Notes: generated from the letters alone by a model not told the origin. Shown: positions 26,501 to 40,655, counted from the stretch's first letter. The stretch is 64,000 nucleotides of DNA from Balanoglossus misakiensis (GCA_040954595.2 CM082581.2:12150286-12214285), one strand, 5' to 3'. Numbers and translations: made by a program.

Positions 26501-29500
26501 ATCTTCATAATACATGTATTAACCTTTCTCCACTACTCAAAGTTAATATATGTAAATTTTGTCAACAATCATATCTTGTAGAATAAAGATGTCAGTCTCA
26601 TTTATAATTTAAACGGTGCCCAAACTTTCTGTAATTCATAACTGTAAACCCTTATTTTAATCTAATGTAGTCCATTGTAGTCCATTCCTTCAGTCAGTTT
26701 TAAACATCTGTTTGGTAACTCAAATCTCTCTGTAGTTCATTTCATCCAAAAGTTATCTGTCTACTTTTTATGTATCTTGTATCATCACATTCCTAAATTT
26801 GTCACTTGAACAATGATAAGGGTTAATGTCTGTTTACATCTATCACACTAGAAACATAGGATCCCATTTCTTGACAAATCGTCATACTTTTTCATCTTGT
26901 AATTGCATAATTAGCAATATGTTAAATATGTTAGTTGATTATTTTCCACAATAACACATCTGTACATGTATTTCATAGATGGCTTGCTTCATTTCAAATC
27001 TTCACATTGTATGATAAATGCTTTCAATTTCTGACTTGAACATTTTGTGGCTTTGGTCGACAGTTGATGGGTGGCGCTCCAAGTGGAACGTTAGCAACCG
27101 TTGGCATGACAGCAGCATTGATGACCTGGTCAAGGATATGAGTGACATCAACGATCATGTTCGTCTGGCTGCCATAGCAACCATTGCCAGGGCTGCAACT
27201 TTTCGTCCACCGCCTGATCCTGGCATCAAGCTGCATGGTAAGTTGCTTCATCTTTCGTTGTATTTGATACTTGACTTGCATTTTGACCTTGAGAAGATTA
27301 TAATGAAAAAAACGCTATGGCACTTCTAACAGGTACAGTGAGTACAGAGCTTGAGACACCAACGGAGAAAGAGTCTGCCATGCAAGGTGTTCTGCCGCAC
27401 AAATTACTGAAGTGTGTAGAGGACGCCTTGTACGATGCGTCCAGGAAGGTTAGAATCACTGGAGCCATAGCTCTCTACACTCTAACTGAACCAAATGAGG
27501 AGGTATGTATCAAGTTTATTCAAGCATGCAGTTTGACTGTAGATTATTTTTGTCTATCACCATCACGAATAGTTGTTCACAGAAATGCTTTATGACTGAT
27601 TTATTACACGCTTTGTTGTAGCACGCACGCAACAATCACAGTTATGCCAGTATAATCACATGATCATCACCACTGAATGCATCTTTTTTTCAATCATCGC
27701 CACCCCTGCATGCAACCATATCTTAATCATAATAGTATCTGCAGTCGTTTAAAAAACTAAAAAGCGTGCCATATACATTTTGTGAGCATGCAAATTATCT
27801 ACTTAGTCTACCTCCAATTGGATGGCTTAAAATATTGAAAGTGAAGTATGCAAAAACATTGCATGGAATATATGCAAATCAGCAGTACATGCATGCAGTA
27901 ACCCCAATGGTGATTGGATGGTTTCAATTATTTGCATGGCAAATTCGAAGTAAATATTCACATTTCAATGTTAGTTAGACAAAGTTTTGACCAGCATGAG
28001 TCAGATACTAGATTGACAATTAATTTTAGAATATAGCCCAATAACTCGACTGCATGCTTTTGTTGAATCACAAGAATCCAGGCTGGTGGTATAACCAGCA
28101 AGCATGATATTTGCAGGGTGGTATGATCAATCACAGATTTGAAATCACAGAACCACACACTTCTCTTTGATGTGTACAACTTCACTGTTTTCTCTCTCTC
28201 ACAATTTTCTGGTTTTCTGCACTTTTGTTTGGATTTTTCCACGTTTGTGTTTCACACTGATTGGTGGATTTTACAGCCAGACAACGACCAGGTAGGCCAC
28301 GAGTTCTCTTCGTACACAGTTCTTCCCTGCACGTTGGGAGACTGTGTGTGCGCGTACGCTTTTTGGACCAAGCTTTGCAGTGGCTTTTTTAGTAACAACA
28401 CTGTCGGTTCATGCAGTCCATTTTGGCATCACTTCTGGGCTAGCTGAGTCCAAGTAGTTGACCCATGGTCTGCTTGGAACGACAGTGATGATATTATTGC
28501 ACTAACTGTTTGTTCTGTTTGCTTGTTTATGCCTTGCAGTGAAAAGCATTGACAATTCAGAAAAAAATGCCTCTATCTCAGCTTAACAGCATTTAATATT
28601 TGAGGCTTCAGTGCACGTAATTTTCAAAATTATGATTGTTTATTAAACAAGGCAGCATAATATGCACCTGAAATTGCACTTTTTATACATGTTAACAATT
28701 GTTTTCGTCCTGTGTTCCTGTTATGTTGTGGTATGGTAGCATTGCTACTCTCGTTCAACTCATAAATGTTTTCATTTAGGAATGTGATGTCGGAATATAT
28801 TCATGTTGTTATCAACAATTTGTATTTGTAACCAACACTTTGTATTGTACAGTTCACGACAGCACATCATAACATTTCTATGTTCTTACAGCAGCATACA
28901 TGTTTGTTAGCAATTCTCCGCCAGCATGGAAGAAATGCACCTTAATCCTTTCACCGACATGGTTTCATCCAACTCCATTGTTTTCAGTGACAACGTCAGA
29001 TCGCACTAAAGGGAAATGGGGATGAAAGGGTTGAACAAAGCCCCTTCATCAATAAAATGCACAGCTGAAACATAGTTCATATTTGGACAGTGACTTACAG
29101 GTTGTGAGATGCTCACTTGTTGGTAGAATGAATATACAGGAGACATTTTATGAAACTGTTTCTGAAAGCAGAGAGAAAACAGAAGGCAGAGAGTCCTTTC
29201 AATGTGAGCAGAGGCTATCATCTCAAAGAACTGTCCGAACATGATCAATGTTACACAGCACCCGCACTTCTGCACACAGGCAAACAAAGCTCCGCTGCAT
29301 GCAGCCATTGCATAGCCGATGTTCAGTTTGACTTGTTCACCCCTACGATCCCAGGATAATACAATATTCTCATTGTGTTCCATGGACAATAGTCTATACC
29401 ACTGGGAATCCAGGGGTGAACAGGTTGAACATACTGTTGACATTACTAATGTGGTGTTGTTTTGATTTTATTGCACTGCAGATTAACGATTAATCAAATC

Positions 29501-32500
29501 TTTCAGAAGAAGCAAGAATTCAACTAAAAAACACAACAGTTAACACTGCTTTTTTCCATTACTGTTTAGGCTAAGAGAATCCTGAATGAAGTCCTTCGTG
29601 ATGGTGATGGACCTGAACGTTGGGCTGCTGCACAATGTCTGGCGCATGCTGGCGTGTGTGACTCCTTCGTCGTCGGTGAGCTGATTCAGCAGATATTTGA
29701 CACCGATGACATGGTACAGTATGAGCAGGCTATGACTCTAATCACAAAACTGAGTTCCCAGTCGTCCATAGTCCATTCCATGGTGGCAGAACAACTCAAC
29801 AGCACAAGTTGGAAACAGAGAGTCATAGCTTGCAAAATACTACCTAGACTTCATGGACAAATTAATAAGGTATTGCATAATTATAAACAATATTGGCATT
29901 ATCAAACTATTTCTGGCATTTGCAAATGTCTCTCAAAAACCTGATTTTCAATTTTTGAACATCCATAAATGCGGCCAATATCCACAATGTAAAAAGCTAC
30001 ATCGTCCAAATTCTGTATTTTTTTTGGCTTCTGCTTTTCCAGGACTTGACTCACAAATTGTCCAATCTGATGTGGCATGACTGGCACCAAGAAGTCCGGA
30101 AGATAGCGGCACAGACGCTAGGAAGGACTGGGCATGGCAAAGAAGTGCACAATGATCTGAGGGACAGAATTGAGACTGGCTCAGAGAGAGACAGAGTGGA
30201 TGCACTAACAAAAATTGGTCATTTAGGTAAAATTAATGACTGATACAGTGGTGGTGGTAAAGTCATCATACATGTGTGTGCATGCATTTTTGTAGCTACG
30301 AGATTTGAGATTCTAGACAAACCTCAAATCTTCAAGACTCAGAGAGTGATTTATACGTGTTGTTGGTTTGGGTGTGGCAAGTTAGATTTGTTGTGCAGTT
30401 GACATATTAACTTGAACCTCAGTATACCAAAATTAATTTCCACCTACTGTCTTCTAATTACAGGTATAATGACAGCCAAGTTGATGCCAGCATTCCTGTC
30501 CTGTTTTGATGACCAATACATCTCAGTGCGTACTTCGACCGCCAACACAGCTGGCTGGCTGCGCATACAGGATGAGAAAATCATCAGAAAACTGCTGTTC
30601 CTCACCCAGTTTGACAGCAGCTGGAAGGTCAAAGCTCATGCCATAAAAGGTCAGTGACAATTCAGTGACCTTTCAAAACATGAATTGTGACACCGGGATA
30701 ACAGTTATTGAAATCTTGTGGACTGGAATTGTTTCTGTTTTCATTTGTTCTTGGGGTTAGGTTTCAGTGAAGTCTTAAGTTCATCAGCTTGTCTCTCACT
30801 TTAAGACAAAAAAAAGCAATACATGTATCATGATTTCAATTCTTATAACTCTCTTATATTGTTTGTCCATTCAGCCCTTGGCATGATTGGCCTGCTGACA
30901 GATGACATAGGAGATGCTTTGTTGTGGGCACTACGATACGAGACCAGTCCAGGTGTACGAGCTGAGGCCTGTCACACTCTAGTGCTGCTGGGTATGCGAG
31001 GGGATAATGTCACCCATATCCTACAGGACAGACTACTTGTTGAGACTGATGACATTGTCAGGATGTGAGTATGGGCCACTCGACTCTGCAGTCTGTGTTT
31101 GTGTGCGTGTGTTTGTGTGTGTTTGTGAGTGTGTGAGAGGGGTGTGGAGGAAGTGGTTGACACAACAGAATCAGATGAGGGTGTGTGTTGGAACTGAATT
31201 GGTCATTGGAGCATAATAGTCCTGAGCAAACACACCTGGAACAGCATTCACTGTTGCATGACCAAATCCTTGTCTTCGAAACCCACTGAATATATTCCAA
31301 ACAGCAAAATAATGTTTAACTCAACTGATAATACAGCATACCCACTTGCTATGTTCTTTTAGTATATTGTATCAGAAATAAGCACATGAAAAACCTTGAG
31401 GCTAAAATTGTATATTATTATGTGCAGGGAGGTTGCCAATGCACTGCAATCTCTGGGAGTCAGTCCATCTGGTGATATGGACATGGTGCAAGCAATCAAG
31501 AGTGAAGTGAGGCGACTCAACACAAGACTGAATGTAGCATCGAAAATCACACACAATGAAAAACAAGCAAAGAGAGAGGAACTCCACGAGAGATTCTTCA
31601 ACATCCCCAGGGAGCCAGGATCACCACCAACTGTAAGTCGGAAACTCCACATGCTTTATTTCGGCATTTGCAGTGATGGAATTATATAGACCTTCAGAAG
31701 TAAGATATGAAGAGATACAAAATGTATGTGTACAGAAGCAGAATTTGAATTAAACTCTTTGGGTTATTGGGTACACACATGTATGCCTACCTGAAAGGTG
31801 AGATAGTCAGCAGAGTTTTCCAGTCTTTCGTAAGTCCCTAAGGCCATAGAGCAGTGTCTTTAAATTTTCCTTCCCTTTCATTTTATTCACAGCTTGACAC
31901 TGAGAAGTCAATAGCTGGAAGCCGGGCCTCAACCAGGCTTAGTTTGCGAACTGTCACTCCAGGTGTTCACATAAGTTCCGAGGATGACGACATGTCACTT
32001 CCCAAGACTCCGGTCAATGAACTACGAGATACACGCCATCTCCTGACCCCAACACCACCACCAAAGACACCTGGACGGAGAACACCCGAGGAAAAACTGG
32101 AAAAACTGATAGATGTGTATGATGGTGTCATCTCACTGAAGGAATACAAGGACTACGTGGAGGCGCCGGAATCTATTCCGTCCGATGATCCATCGTTGAA
32201 GAGGAAACTGGCAGATATTCCAGAAACCGAGCAAGAAGAGGAAGAGAAGAAGGAAAGTCAGGTTGAAACAACGGAAAGTCAGGAAGGTGAAGGAATACGG
32301 AAAGAAGAGAAAGAAACCCAGACAACTCCTGTTGAGAGAGAGTTGCAAGATACTTCTCAGTATCACGAAACTGTTGACCCAACACAGGGGCAGAACTTGT
32401 CCGAGGGCGGTGAACTCATCGATGTCAAGCATTCATCCCCGGAGCTCGAACAACAGACAAAGATCCAGACGGATGACGAAACAGAGCATGGGGAGTCAGA

Positions 32501-32738
32501 TCTTGCAAAAGAAACCACCGATGTGTCTGGACAGTCTGATACCAGTGATGAAGGTCAGGGTGCCAAGGCTGCGGCGGCTGTTGCCGTGCCGCCAACAGTG
32601 GAGGAGACAGATGATGATGATGGTGAAGATGATGAAGATGGTGATGCAGCCGCAGCAGCCGTGATAATGCAAGCATTCAATGAGGCAGAGGCAGAGAGTG
32701 ATGGTGATTCCGACTCAGATGATTCCTCAGACGGTTAA
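23594..32738 (+). CDS. HEATR4: HEAT repeat-containing protein 4-like
   Basis: Exons at about 23587-24623, 24768-24910, 25048-25280, 25401-25514, 27064-27237, 27333-27502, 29570-29869, 30043-30226, 30464-30649, 30875-31064, 31428-31632, 31883-32738. Motifs WEEYLMLSLSKTTARWIV, ERWAAAQCLA, VAEQLNSTSWKQRVIACKIL, KLSNLMWHDWHQEVRKIAAQTLG, DSSWKVKAHAIKALG, LLWALRYETSPGVRAEAC; acidic tail. Confidence 0.85.
24646..24677. mobile_element. Partial end of a TTAA-flanked (piggyBac-like) MITE
   Basis: TTAACCCTTTCACCC..CAGTTCCC matches the reverse complement of the right end of the 47516-47608 element. Confidence 0.55.
25859..25882 (+). other. Candidate 24-nt microexon in HEATR4-like gene (GNKPMLSV)
   Basis: TAG acceptor and strong AG|GTAAGG donor; symmetric phase 1-1 and stop-free in the HEATR4 frame. 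Confidence 0.45.
28277..28291 (+). other. Candidate 15-nt microexon in HEATR4-like gene (PDNDQ)
   Basis: Long upstream polypyrimidine tract, TTTTACAG acceptor, CAG|GTAGGC donor, symmetric phase 0-0. Confidence 0.45.
28942..29034. mobile_element. About 90-bp TTAA-flanked MITE, degenerate copy
   Basis: TTAATCCTTTCACC...GATGAAAGGGTTGA; internal ACATGGTT..TCCATTGTTTT shared with the 47516 copy. Confidence 0.7.
31095..31140. repeat. Imperfect (GT)n microsatellite
   Basis: gtgtttgtgtgcgtgtgtttgtgtgtgtttgtgagtgtgtgag. Confidence 0.8.
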
Positions 32739-33731
32739 TTTATGAAATGTGAATCAGTATCAACCGACTTACTTAGTTTCTCAAAATTTGGCCACTATGA
32801 ACAAACACCAGTGAATAACATCAAAGGTCTTCTTTGAGTTACGTCCAAGAAATGTGTACACACAACCTTCAGAAGCTTTTGAGAGGTTTAAAGAGTTTTA
32901 GCTGGAGCTGTGAAGCAGCTTTTCCTAGAATTTACTCTGAAATCTGATTTACATATATATATAGCTATGAAAATATTTCTGATGAATTAAGTGCCTGATC
33001 TGACTGCATTGAAATTGACAGCATTTTTCATAGCACATTCCGTATTTTGTGTATCATGTGAAGTGTTTTATTTCAACACAATATTAATGAATCTGACACC
33101 TGAAATCAGAATTTGTATAGTCCACACCTTATTTCATTTTATAAGTTTGATACTACAGTGTGTCTTTTTGTGGGGTTGTACATATGTATATTAATTAAAA
33201 TTAACGATTTTGACAAGGAGCACTTGTACATACTTTTGTCCTTTTCGACTATTTCCAGTTTATGACAGGATACAGGGACTTGCTGAGGAGGTACATAATA
33301 CTTTGGGGTGACATTGGCATGACAGGTGAGGATGTGCTTTGCCATGAACAGAAAGCTCAGCTTCACTTATTCATGTCTTTGAATCACAGAAAACCTTGAT
33401 GGCTTTCGAAAAAGATCCACTGTGTATGTTGCCACTTTCGTAGACAATACATTATCTGGTTGAAATTCCAACATATAAATCACAACATTAACAACTTTGT
33501 AGTTTTGATAAGATATAGGTTTATTGAAAAGAAGAATACCACACCCAAGTGAACATCTCTGCAGTCACTTCATCATATCTTAGGATGAAATTCCTCATCC
33601 AGGGACTAACCTTTATGCTAATACAAACGAGGATCTATGATTTGGATATTTTGACACACAGGGCAAACACTAGAAGATTCTGGTTAACTGGCAGGGGGTA
33701 GTTTTGTATATTTTCTACATTTTTGTACACC

Positions 33732-35253
33732 TCAAAACTTTTTCTTAAGGCGTACCCCTACTTTGTAAGCTTCAATGTCTCTAGGAGTCAGTTTTGGTGG
33801 TTTACCACTTGGGGCCAGCAGCTTATTTGGCTTTGCATATCTGTACTCATACTCTGGTCTCAGAGGCGGCACAAATTTCTTCATGTGTTCTGGGATTTTG
33901 TTGGCATTAGTAATCAGCTTCTGATCAAGGTGAGACCAGGCTTTTCCCAGAGCAAAATGTCTATCATGGTACTTTTCCCATGGGTCTTCGATGAAGTAAC
34001 GTCGCCGCTTCCAGTACGGGTGCACCATCCTGTCCAGCAAATTGGATTGGGTTTTGTTGCACAACACATGCCACTTGTGCCTCCGTCTTCGTGCTCCGCT
34101 CTTTTTAAACGTTTTCTTCTTATAGCCAGCAAATCTCCTAACCCACATTCCACTGGAACAAAAAAGACAGAAGCAGCTTGTGTTATGCGAGCTCTACACA
34201 CAGATACGTGTGCATACATTCTACGAGTTACAAGTACATACACGAGAGTACCGACATGACGTCCATTTCATGACTCTGATTTCATACTTACTTGTCGAGT
34301 CTGTAGAACCGGTCAATGACTGCTTTTACTGTCTTCTTCTTGCATTTATTTCGACTCCATGAGATGACAGATCTATTGAAGTGTATTACCGGGTTGTAGA
34401 GACCTGATCCATTCTTCCTAAATAAACTACAAAATAACAATGACAGTCAGACATCCGACTTTTAAACATCAAGACAACTCTGTTGGTTTGGGTCATCAAA
34501 TCATAGACACTACACAAATCTGAAGTCACAAATAAACCCTGCTCTACAAATATGTATTTACGATGTTTGCTCCATGAGATAAGATTATCATTCTCTTCTA
34601 TGGTAAAGTTAGGGGGAACCTACCTATTTTCAGTAAAGTTGGTAGGCTGGGTGATGTTTGAAACTCTTGATTTCTGAAGTAAGCTGATGCAACTGTGGTG
34701 ATGGTTTCGTCTGGCTATGCTGTTTACAATAGAAAACTGGTTGGTTTGCTTCAGAGCAGCAGCTAGTGAACAAGATGGCCTAACTGCGGTTGTCGCTCTC
34801 CCAAGTGATGTAGTCCACAAATGGGCCAAGACGCCTACGACAGAGGATACAAGATTTGCACAGTGAATGTCACATCATTGATCACTGACAATATTTTGTC
34901 TGATTTATGTGTTGCCATCACGTTCGTGACGCTGATTGTGCCCAACGTGCGATTGTGTTTATTGACACGCTAACTGATGTGTTGACACATTCCTTAATGC
35001 ATAATGTGGACCCGTTATATGCACACCGTGTGTACGTGTATTGGTCGCTCACTGACCTCAGCTCAGACACTGCAGATATGCAGTGCCACGCTACAGTGGG
35101 AATCTGAACGGTTAGTGGGGAAATATATCATTGCAGTTAACACAATTCGCATGTGAATATCATTAAATCAGGCCACTAGTTGAAGTATTATACGATTAAA
35201 ATGTGAAATTAACATTACAAACCCGAGCACACTCTTCCTAAGGGGGTCGCCAT
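33732..35253 (-). CDS. MRPL35: Mitochondrial ribosomal protein L35 (bL35m)
   Basis: Exons at about 35253-35223, 34834-34624, 34417-34292, 34152-33732. [28 protein letters not shown]...CNKTQSNLLDRMVHPYWKRRRYFIEDPWEKYHDR; basic N-terminal presequence. Confidence 0.93.
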
Positions 35254-35591
35254 CTTGGTTGCACTGTAGCAACCTCTTCCGAAAGTACAAACAACTTTTT
35301 CTGTCAAGACACATTCTACATCGTCAAAAAAGTGTTTAAAAGTCAAACATGGCCTTAATGTGTAAAAATAAGGAAACTGGCCATTATTTTATCGAAAACT
35401 CAACTTTATACTATTAAAAATTTCATTTTTCGAAGCAGCAAAATATTTCAGATACACGAGGCCAGATTTTTCCCAGAGTTCAATGGAACCGAGGACGTGA
35501 CCTTTGCCGGTGAGCAGACGTGCAATGTATCTGTGAGGTCTGCTGTAACTGAACGTTTCTGTAAATCGAGGTGTATTTAGAGCACACCAAG

Positions 35592-38500
35592 ATGTGGAGG
35601 ATAGCTAGGCAGATCCCTGGGAAGGTAAGGATTACTTCAGACTGGGATTTTAATCTTCATGTATCCATATGACAATGATTATAGCCTTGCATGCAGAGGA
35701 CTGGGGGATGGGCCCCATAGGTGACCCAAGCTGATTTTATGGTTCTCATGTCTCTCTTTTTCAGGCACGGTGTCTGTGCTTCAGCAGGCAATCTGCCGGA
35801 AGGATACAAAGATGTAAATTATGCACCAAAACTGAGGGTGCTGCAGAAGTCCCACCCCAAGCACCACCACCACCAGTGAAAAAGTAAGAATCAAAACTGT
35901 ACAGTTTGTCAATTTACCTTTACTTGAAATTTTCAGTTTTTCTTAGCAATGACACTTGACTTGGATTGTGTACATAGTCTGCCACTGCTTCCTAATGACA
36001 ACATGATGTTCTTTGCAGGTCAGGAAGATTCTTGAAGATTGCCGGTGGCATTACTCTTGTAACTGGAGGTGTCGTAGCGGGAAGTTTTGCATATGCCGCA
36101 GCTGATCCAGATTTCCGCAAGCAAGTGGAAAACAACTGGCCAATTCTTGTCCCTATTTTTGATCAAGTAATTAATAACAACAACAGTGGAGAGAATGGTT
36201 TAAATGGAATCAAGGAACGTCTCCAAAGGTATTTGATGTTTTTGTTGATTTTATGATTTTGATACACAGTAAATTATGGTGCAGGCAGAAAACAAGACAG
36301 GATATGTCTCTGTGATGTTAATTATACTATGCAGAAACATCTCTTTGTATTTGATTTCAGCATCAAAGACAAGCTACCTGCATTGCCATCAGTTTTCACA
36401 CCAAGCAAGCCGGCAGTTCCTATCACTGACTTACCAAAAGATGAGCTCATGAAGACAGAAACCAAAAGTTTGCTTCCAAAGGTGCCAACAGATTCATCTA
36501 AACCCAAGACAGAAGGTGCAGAACCCAAGGTGAGACTGAAACATGTCAATGTGATACAGTGCTTTAAAATGATCATATTTGACTTGTCAATAGTTACAAG
36601 TAAAACTGAACATTAGTGCACATCATTTCAGAGAATTAACATTTCAAATGCAGTCAACTTAACAGGACCATTACTTGACATTTATGCAGAAAGAGCCAGA
36701 GCCTGTGAAACAGAAGAAAGCAGTCCCGGAAAAGAAACCAACGGAAAAGAAACCGGCAGCAGCTGTCACAAAAGAAGATTTGAAGGCAAAGAAAGAAAGA
36801 GAAGAACGAGAAGCCAAGGAGAGAGAAGAAAAAGCTGCCAAGGAACTGGAGGAAAAAATGATAGCGCTGGAAATTGAAGAAGCAGCTGATGAAGCTGGTA
36901 GGTGTTGTGATTGTCAAAATAACAGGCAATATTAAACAGACCATTTGATTCCCTGACCCCAGGTGACCTGTGATATCATGCAGCTCCTGGAAAAGGGTTA
37001 AAGTCCCCTTAACTCTGAGGTGAAAAACACATGGTTCGAGGAGCCTTTGACTTCTGAGATGAATAGTGACTGCATGCATTGATGTGAGAATGTCGTCATT
37101 TTTGCCATGAACCCTCTAAATCTGTGTGTGTCTCTACACAGCCATGGAAGTCATCATCGGCACACTGTTGAAAACGTGTGAGGCCACAGCGCAGCAGGCA
37201 AAGGACTCTCAGACCAATGCAATCGATGCCATCAAAAGACACTCACAACAACTGAAGTATGCAATGGATGACACTGTAAGTTACAGATATGGTAGACTTC
37301 AGAATAGTATTCTAGATCTTCTGAACGTATAGAATCTATCATGCCATCTGATAAGAGCAGAGCATGCTTGAGAACTCTCACAGAAATTTGCACAATCAAA
37401 AAAATAGATGATCAGAAATGGTAACTTTGGATTAATCCATTGCAGGGAAACATTGATGAGAAACCAATCCAGTGGGAGTCTGTATCTGGTACACTGGATG
37501 CCAAGAAAGATGCTATAGCCGTAGCAGACATGGATTTGACTACAGCAAAGTAAGTGACTGGGATGGTTTTCTGGTACAGCAGAGTAAAAAGTTAGAGTCC
37601 CAGGTTGTCCTTGCATAACAGCGTGGCTTGGGTGGTTTTTGGTTCATCATTATGTTGGGTACAGCCGGGCAATAAACGGGTGCTGTAGCCCTCATGGCTA
37701 AGCAATATATGTTAATGATGATTTCTTCTCTGCAGGGAAGAATTTGAGAAATTGAAGCAGACGATAGAAGAAGCTAAAGCACAGGCATCCAAGTCAAAGT
37801 CGAAGTTCAGTAAAGGACCACCGCCATTTGTGGTGGAAACTGAAGAACAACTCAATAAGTTGACTTATGATTTGGACACTGCCGTTGCTGAGGTGAGCTT
37901 CTGTCAACAGTCCTGAAAAAAAATCTGTGCAATGGGAAATGCTGCTACATCCAAGGAAAGACTGGAAAATCATTGAATTTTGAGTGATTGTGTAACATAT
38001 AAATCCTGACTTCTAACTAGAGCCTGTCTGACTACTTCTGATCCCTTCAGGTCGACTCAGCCAAGGCCGATTCTAAAATTATGACAGAGTTCCATGACTT
38101 GGTAGAGAAGGGACGAAAACAGTTCAAGAAAGAGCTTGAAAGTATCATGCCAGATGTCAAACTTGGAAAAAGAGGTAAGAGGGACTTACCTCTGGTGCTT
38201 TCATAGACACTGTTGTGTTGATTTGGAAGATTTTTTGCCACTACAACAATTACAGTATTGAGAGATAAAATTGTAGTTTGTGAGATCAGTGGTGATTAAA
38301 TTCTAATTGTTGCGCCATTTTGAATTGCAGGCAAAAAGCTGACAGAAGACGAGCTGAACTCTCTGATTGCCCATGCTCATCGCAGAGTGGAACAACTTCA
38401 GAAACAACTCGCTGAACAGCAAGCGAGAGAGCAACAGCACCTCTCCATCTCTCTGAAACAACAGAAGGAAGAAGATAAGAGAGAAGCAGATGCAAAGGTT

Positions 38501-39874
38501 GCCAGGGAACTAGAGAAAGAGAGGAGAGACTTTTTGGTGAAACAACAGAGACAAGTAGGTCAACATTTCTGAAGTTGTGTGAACTCAAAAAGTGTAGTCA
38601 ACAACAGCTGAGCACGATAGATTTTTCAGATGCAGCTCTTTGCTACGAAACCTTGCCAACAAGTTCTGTGAATAATCGTTGCATGATTTCTTTTTCCACG
38701 TTTAGACAGAAAACTTAAAACAGGAGTACGAGGCAGAGATGAGGCAACAACTGCGGAGACAGGCGGCCGCTCACAGTGATCACCTGAAGGATGTGCTGAG
38801 GGTACAAGCCAGGGAGTTGGAAATGCAGTTTGAAAAGAAAGAACAAGAGATCTTGACGGGTGAACGAGAGAGGTACCAGGTGGAGTTGCACAGCTCTTTG
38901 GCAAGACTGAGAGGTGTAGAGTCAGCCATTGAAGGTGAGTTAGTATCTGAACAAAACTTGGTATAATGCTGGTTTGTCGTTGACATGTAAAATTAAATTT
39001 TATTCCACCACCCATCGCCCCTTTAACCTTCTTAGTAAAAAATCTCTTCTGTGTCTTTTCAGAGAGAGCTGATCTTGAAAAGCAGTCTCAAAAAGCACAA
39101 GAACTGTGGTTAGCTTGTGAGAGTCTGAAGAGAACTATTAGAGAAGGTAAGTTGTTTTGAGATGGGAAAAGGCTTTTTCTGTGTTTTAGTAAAGGTTACA
39201 CACACATGTTCAATGCACACACTAAAAGCAAATCAAAAATGTGTAATATTCAAATTTGGGTATGGCGCCAGTTTCAATTTCACTGCCTGGCCTTCCACAC
39301 TGAAGATAACTCTCAGCGTCATTTCGTTGCCCCAGGTGCTGAAGATGCTGTGGATAACGATTATAAACTGAAACCTCTCGCCGAAGAAATCACTTCAGTG
39401 AAAGAAGCTGGAACCACCTTTCCAGTAATCAATGGAATAATCGAAGCAATGCCGGAAGAGGCCATGACCCGAGGAGTTGTCACAGAAGACACACTCAAGT
39501 CAAGATGGAAGCATGTTAGGAAAGTTTGTAAGAGAGTAGCCATGGTTGATATAGTTGGCGGCAGTATGTTTCAGTACTTCCTCTCCTATTTCCAGTCATT
39601 TTTAATCATCGATAGTCCGCGACCACCCACAGGCAGCGAAGAGATCGATCCTACTACTTTAGATACATTCAAGTTACTAGCATTTGCAGACTACCACATC
39701 AAGAATGGAGACTTAGACCAAGCTGTGAGATACGTCAACCAACTACAGGGCATGCCCAGAGAAGTAGCCACTGATTGGCTGAAAGAAGCTGTGTTGCTAT
39801 TGGAAACCACCCAAGTAGCCAATATGCTTTCAGCTACCGCGTCTGCCTGTGGCCTGGGAGCTCTGTGCATTTAG
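35592..39874 (+). CDS. IMMT: MICOS subunit MIC60 / mitofilin
   Basis: Exons at about 35592-35624, 35765-35883, 36019-36228, 36361-36529, 36690-36897, 37142-37275, 37447-37549, 37736-37892, 38050-38173, 38331-38554, 38707-38934, 39063-39146, 39336-39874. Presequence, transmembrane segment ending YAAADPDFRKQVE, KLTEDELNSLIAHAHRRVEQL, RQQLRRQAAAHSDHL, mitofilin domain GDLDQAVRYVNQLQGMPREVATDWLKEAVLLLET. Confidence 0.95.
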
Positions 39875-40655
39875 GAAATTTTGTTTGCAAAGGAACAATA
39901 CACTTGAGATACCAAACCATAACTTTCTGTACTTGAAGGTCCCATCTCTGAAATCCCCACCTCAAATTCTGATTTGTTACGTTTGCCCCAAACTGTTCAC
40001 AATGTTGTAGATTGTAACTAGTTGTTTTTTTTGGCAGTGCAGGGTGATTGGAGACTTGTATTTGGTGCGTGCAGTTTATTGTTCTGAGATATTCAGATCT
40101 CTTCAAAACACCACCATCAATCACAGAAAATTCAAATTTTCAGTTGAACATTTCTTTGACTGATGCCGCAAGTGGTTTTCCATTAATTTGCCATTTATTT
40201 ATGGTTTGCCAATGGAGAAATGTTTCACTTTTGTTGCCAAGATATGGAGTGTTATGAGTCGAATAGAAGCCTGTATCAGATGCAGCGTTGTATAAAATAA
40301 AATAAAAAATCAGAGTGTATACAAGTTAAGTTTTCTGTTCATTTGCCTTGTGTGGAAAAAATTGCATATTTTTTCAAACTTTAAAGACATAGAAAAGTGT
40401 GTTTCGTGGAGGCTGGTAAAAGTGCTTGTGTGTCTAGCTACTTCTTAGTGACATGTTTATAAAGTTAGCAATGACAGGGTTGGTTGATGGATATGAACTT
40501 AAAAACCTTTTTTATTTTTTTTCAAAGTAATTTGTAAAAAATCTTGCAAATATAATTTGTACAAAACTCTCTTGAAATAAAACTACCTACTCAATAAGTT
40601 TGACAACAGTAGAAAAATACGAAAGTAACAAAAGTCTTCAAAATAATTAAGTCGG

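Noticed and set aside
28483-28560. Possible C/D box snoRNA (GTGATGA) in a HEATR4 intron
   Set aside because: No matching D box (CTGA) with a terminal stem at a suitable distance.
39206-39335. N-terminal part of the 222-aa IMMT ORF
   Set aside because: Intronic read-through; the exon starts at the CCCAG acceptor near 39336.
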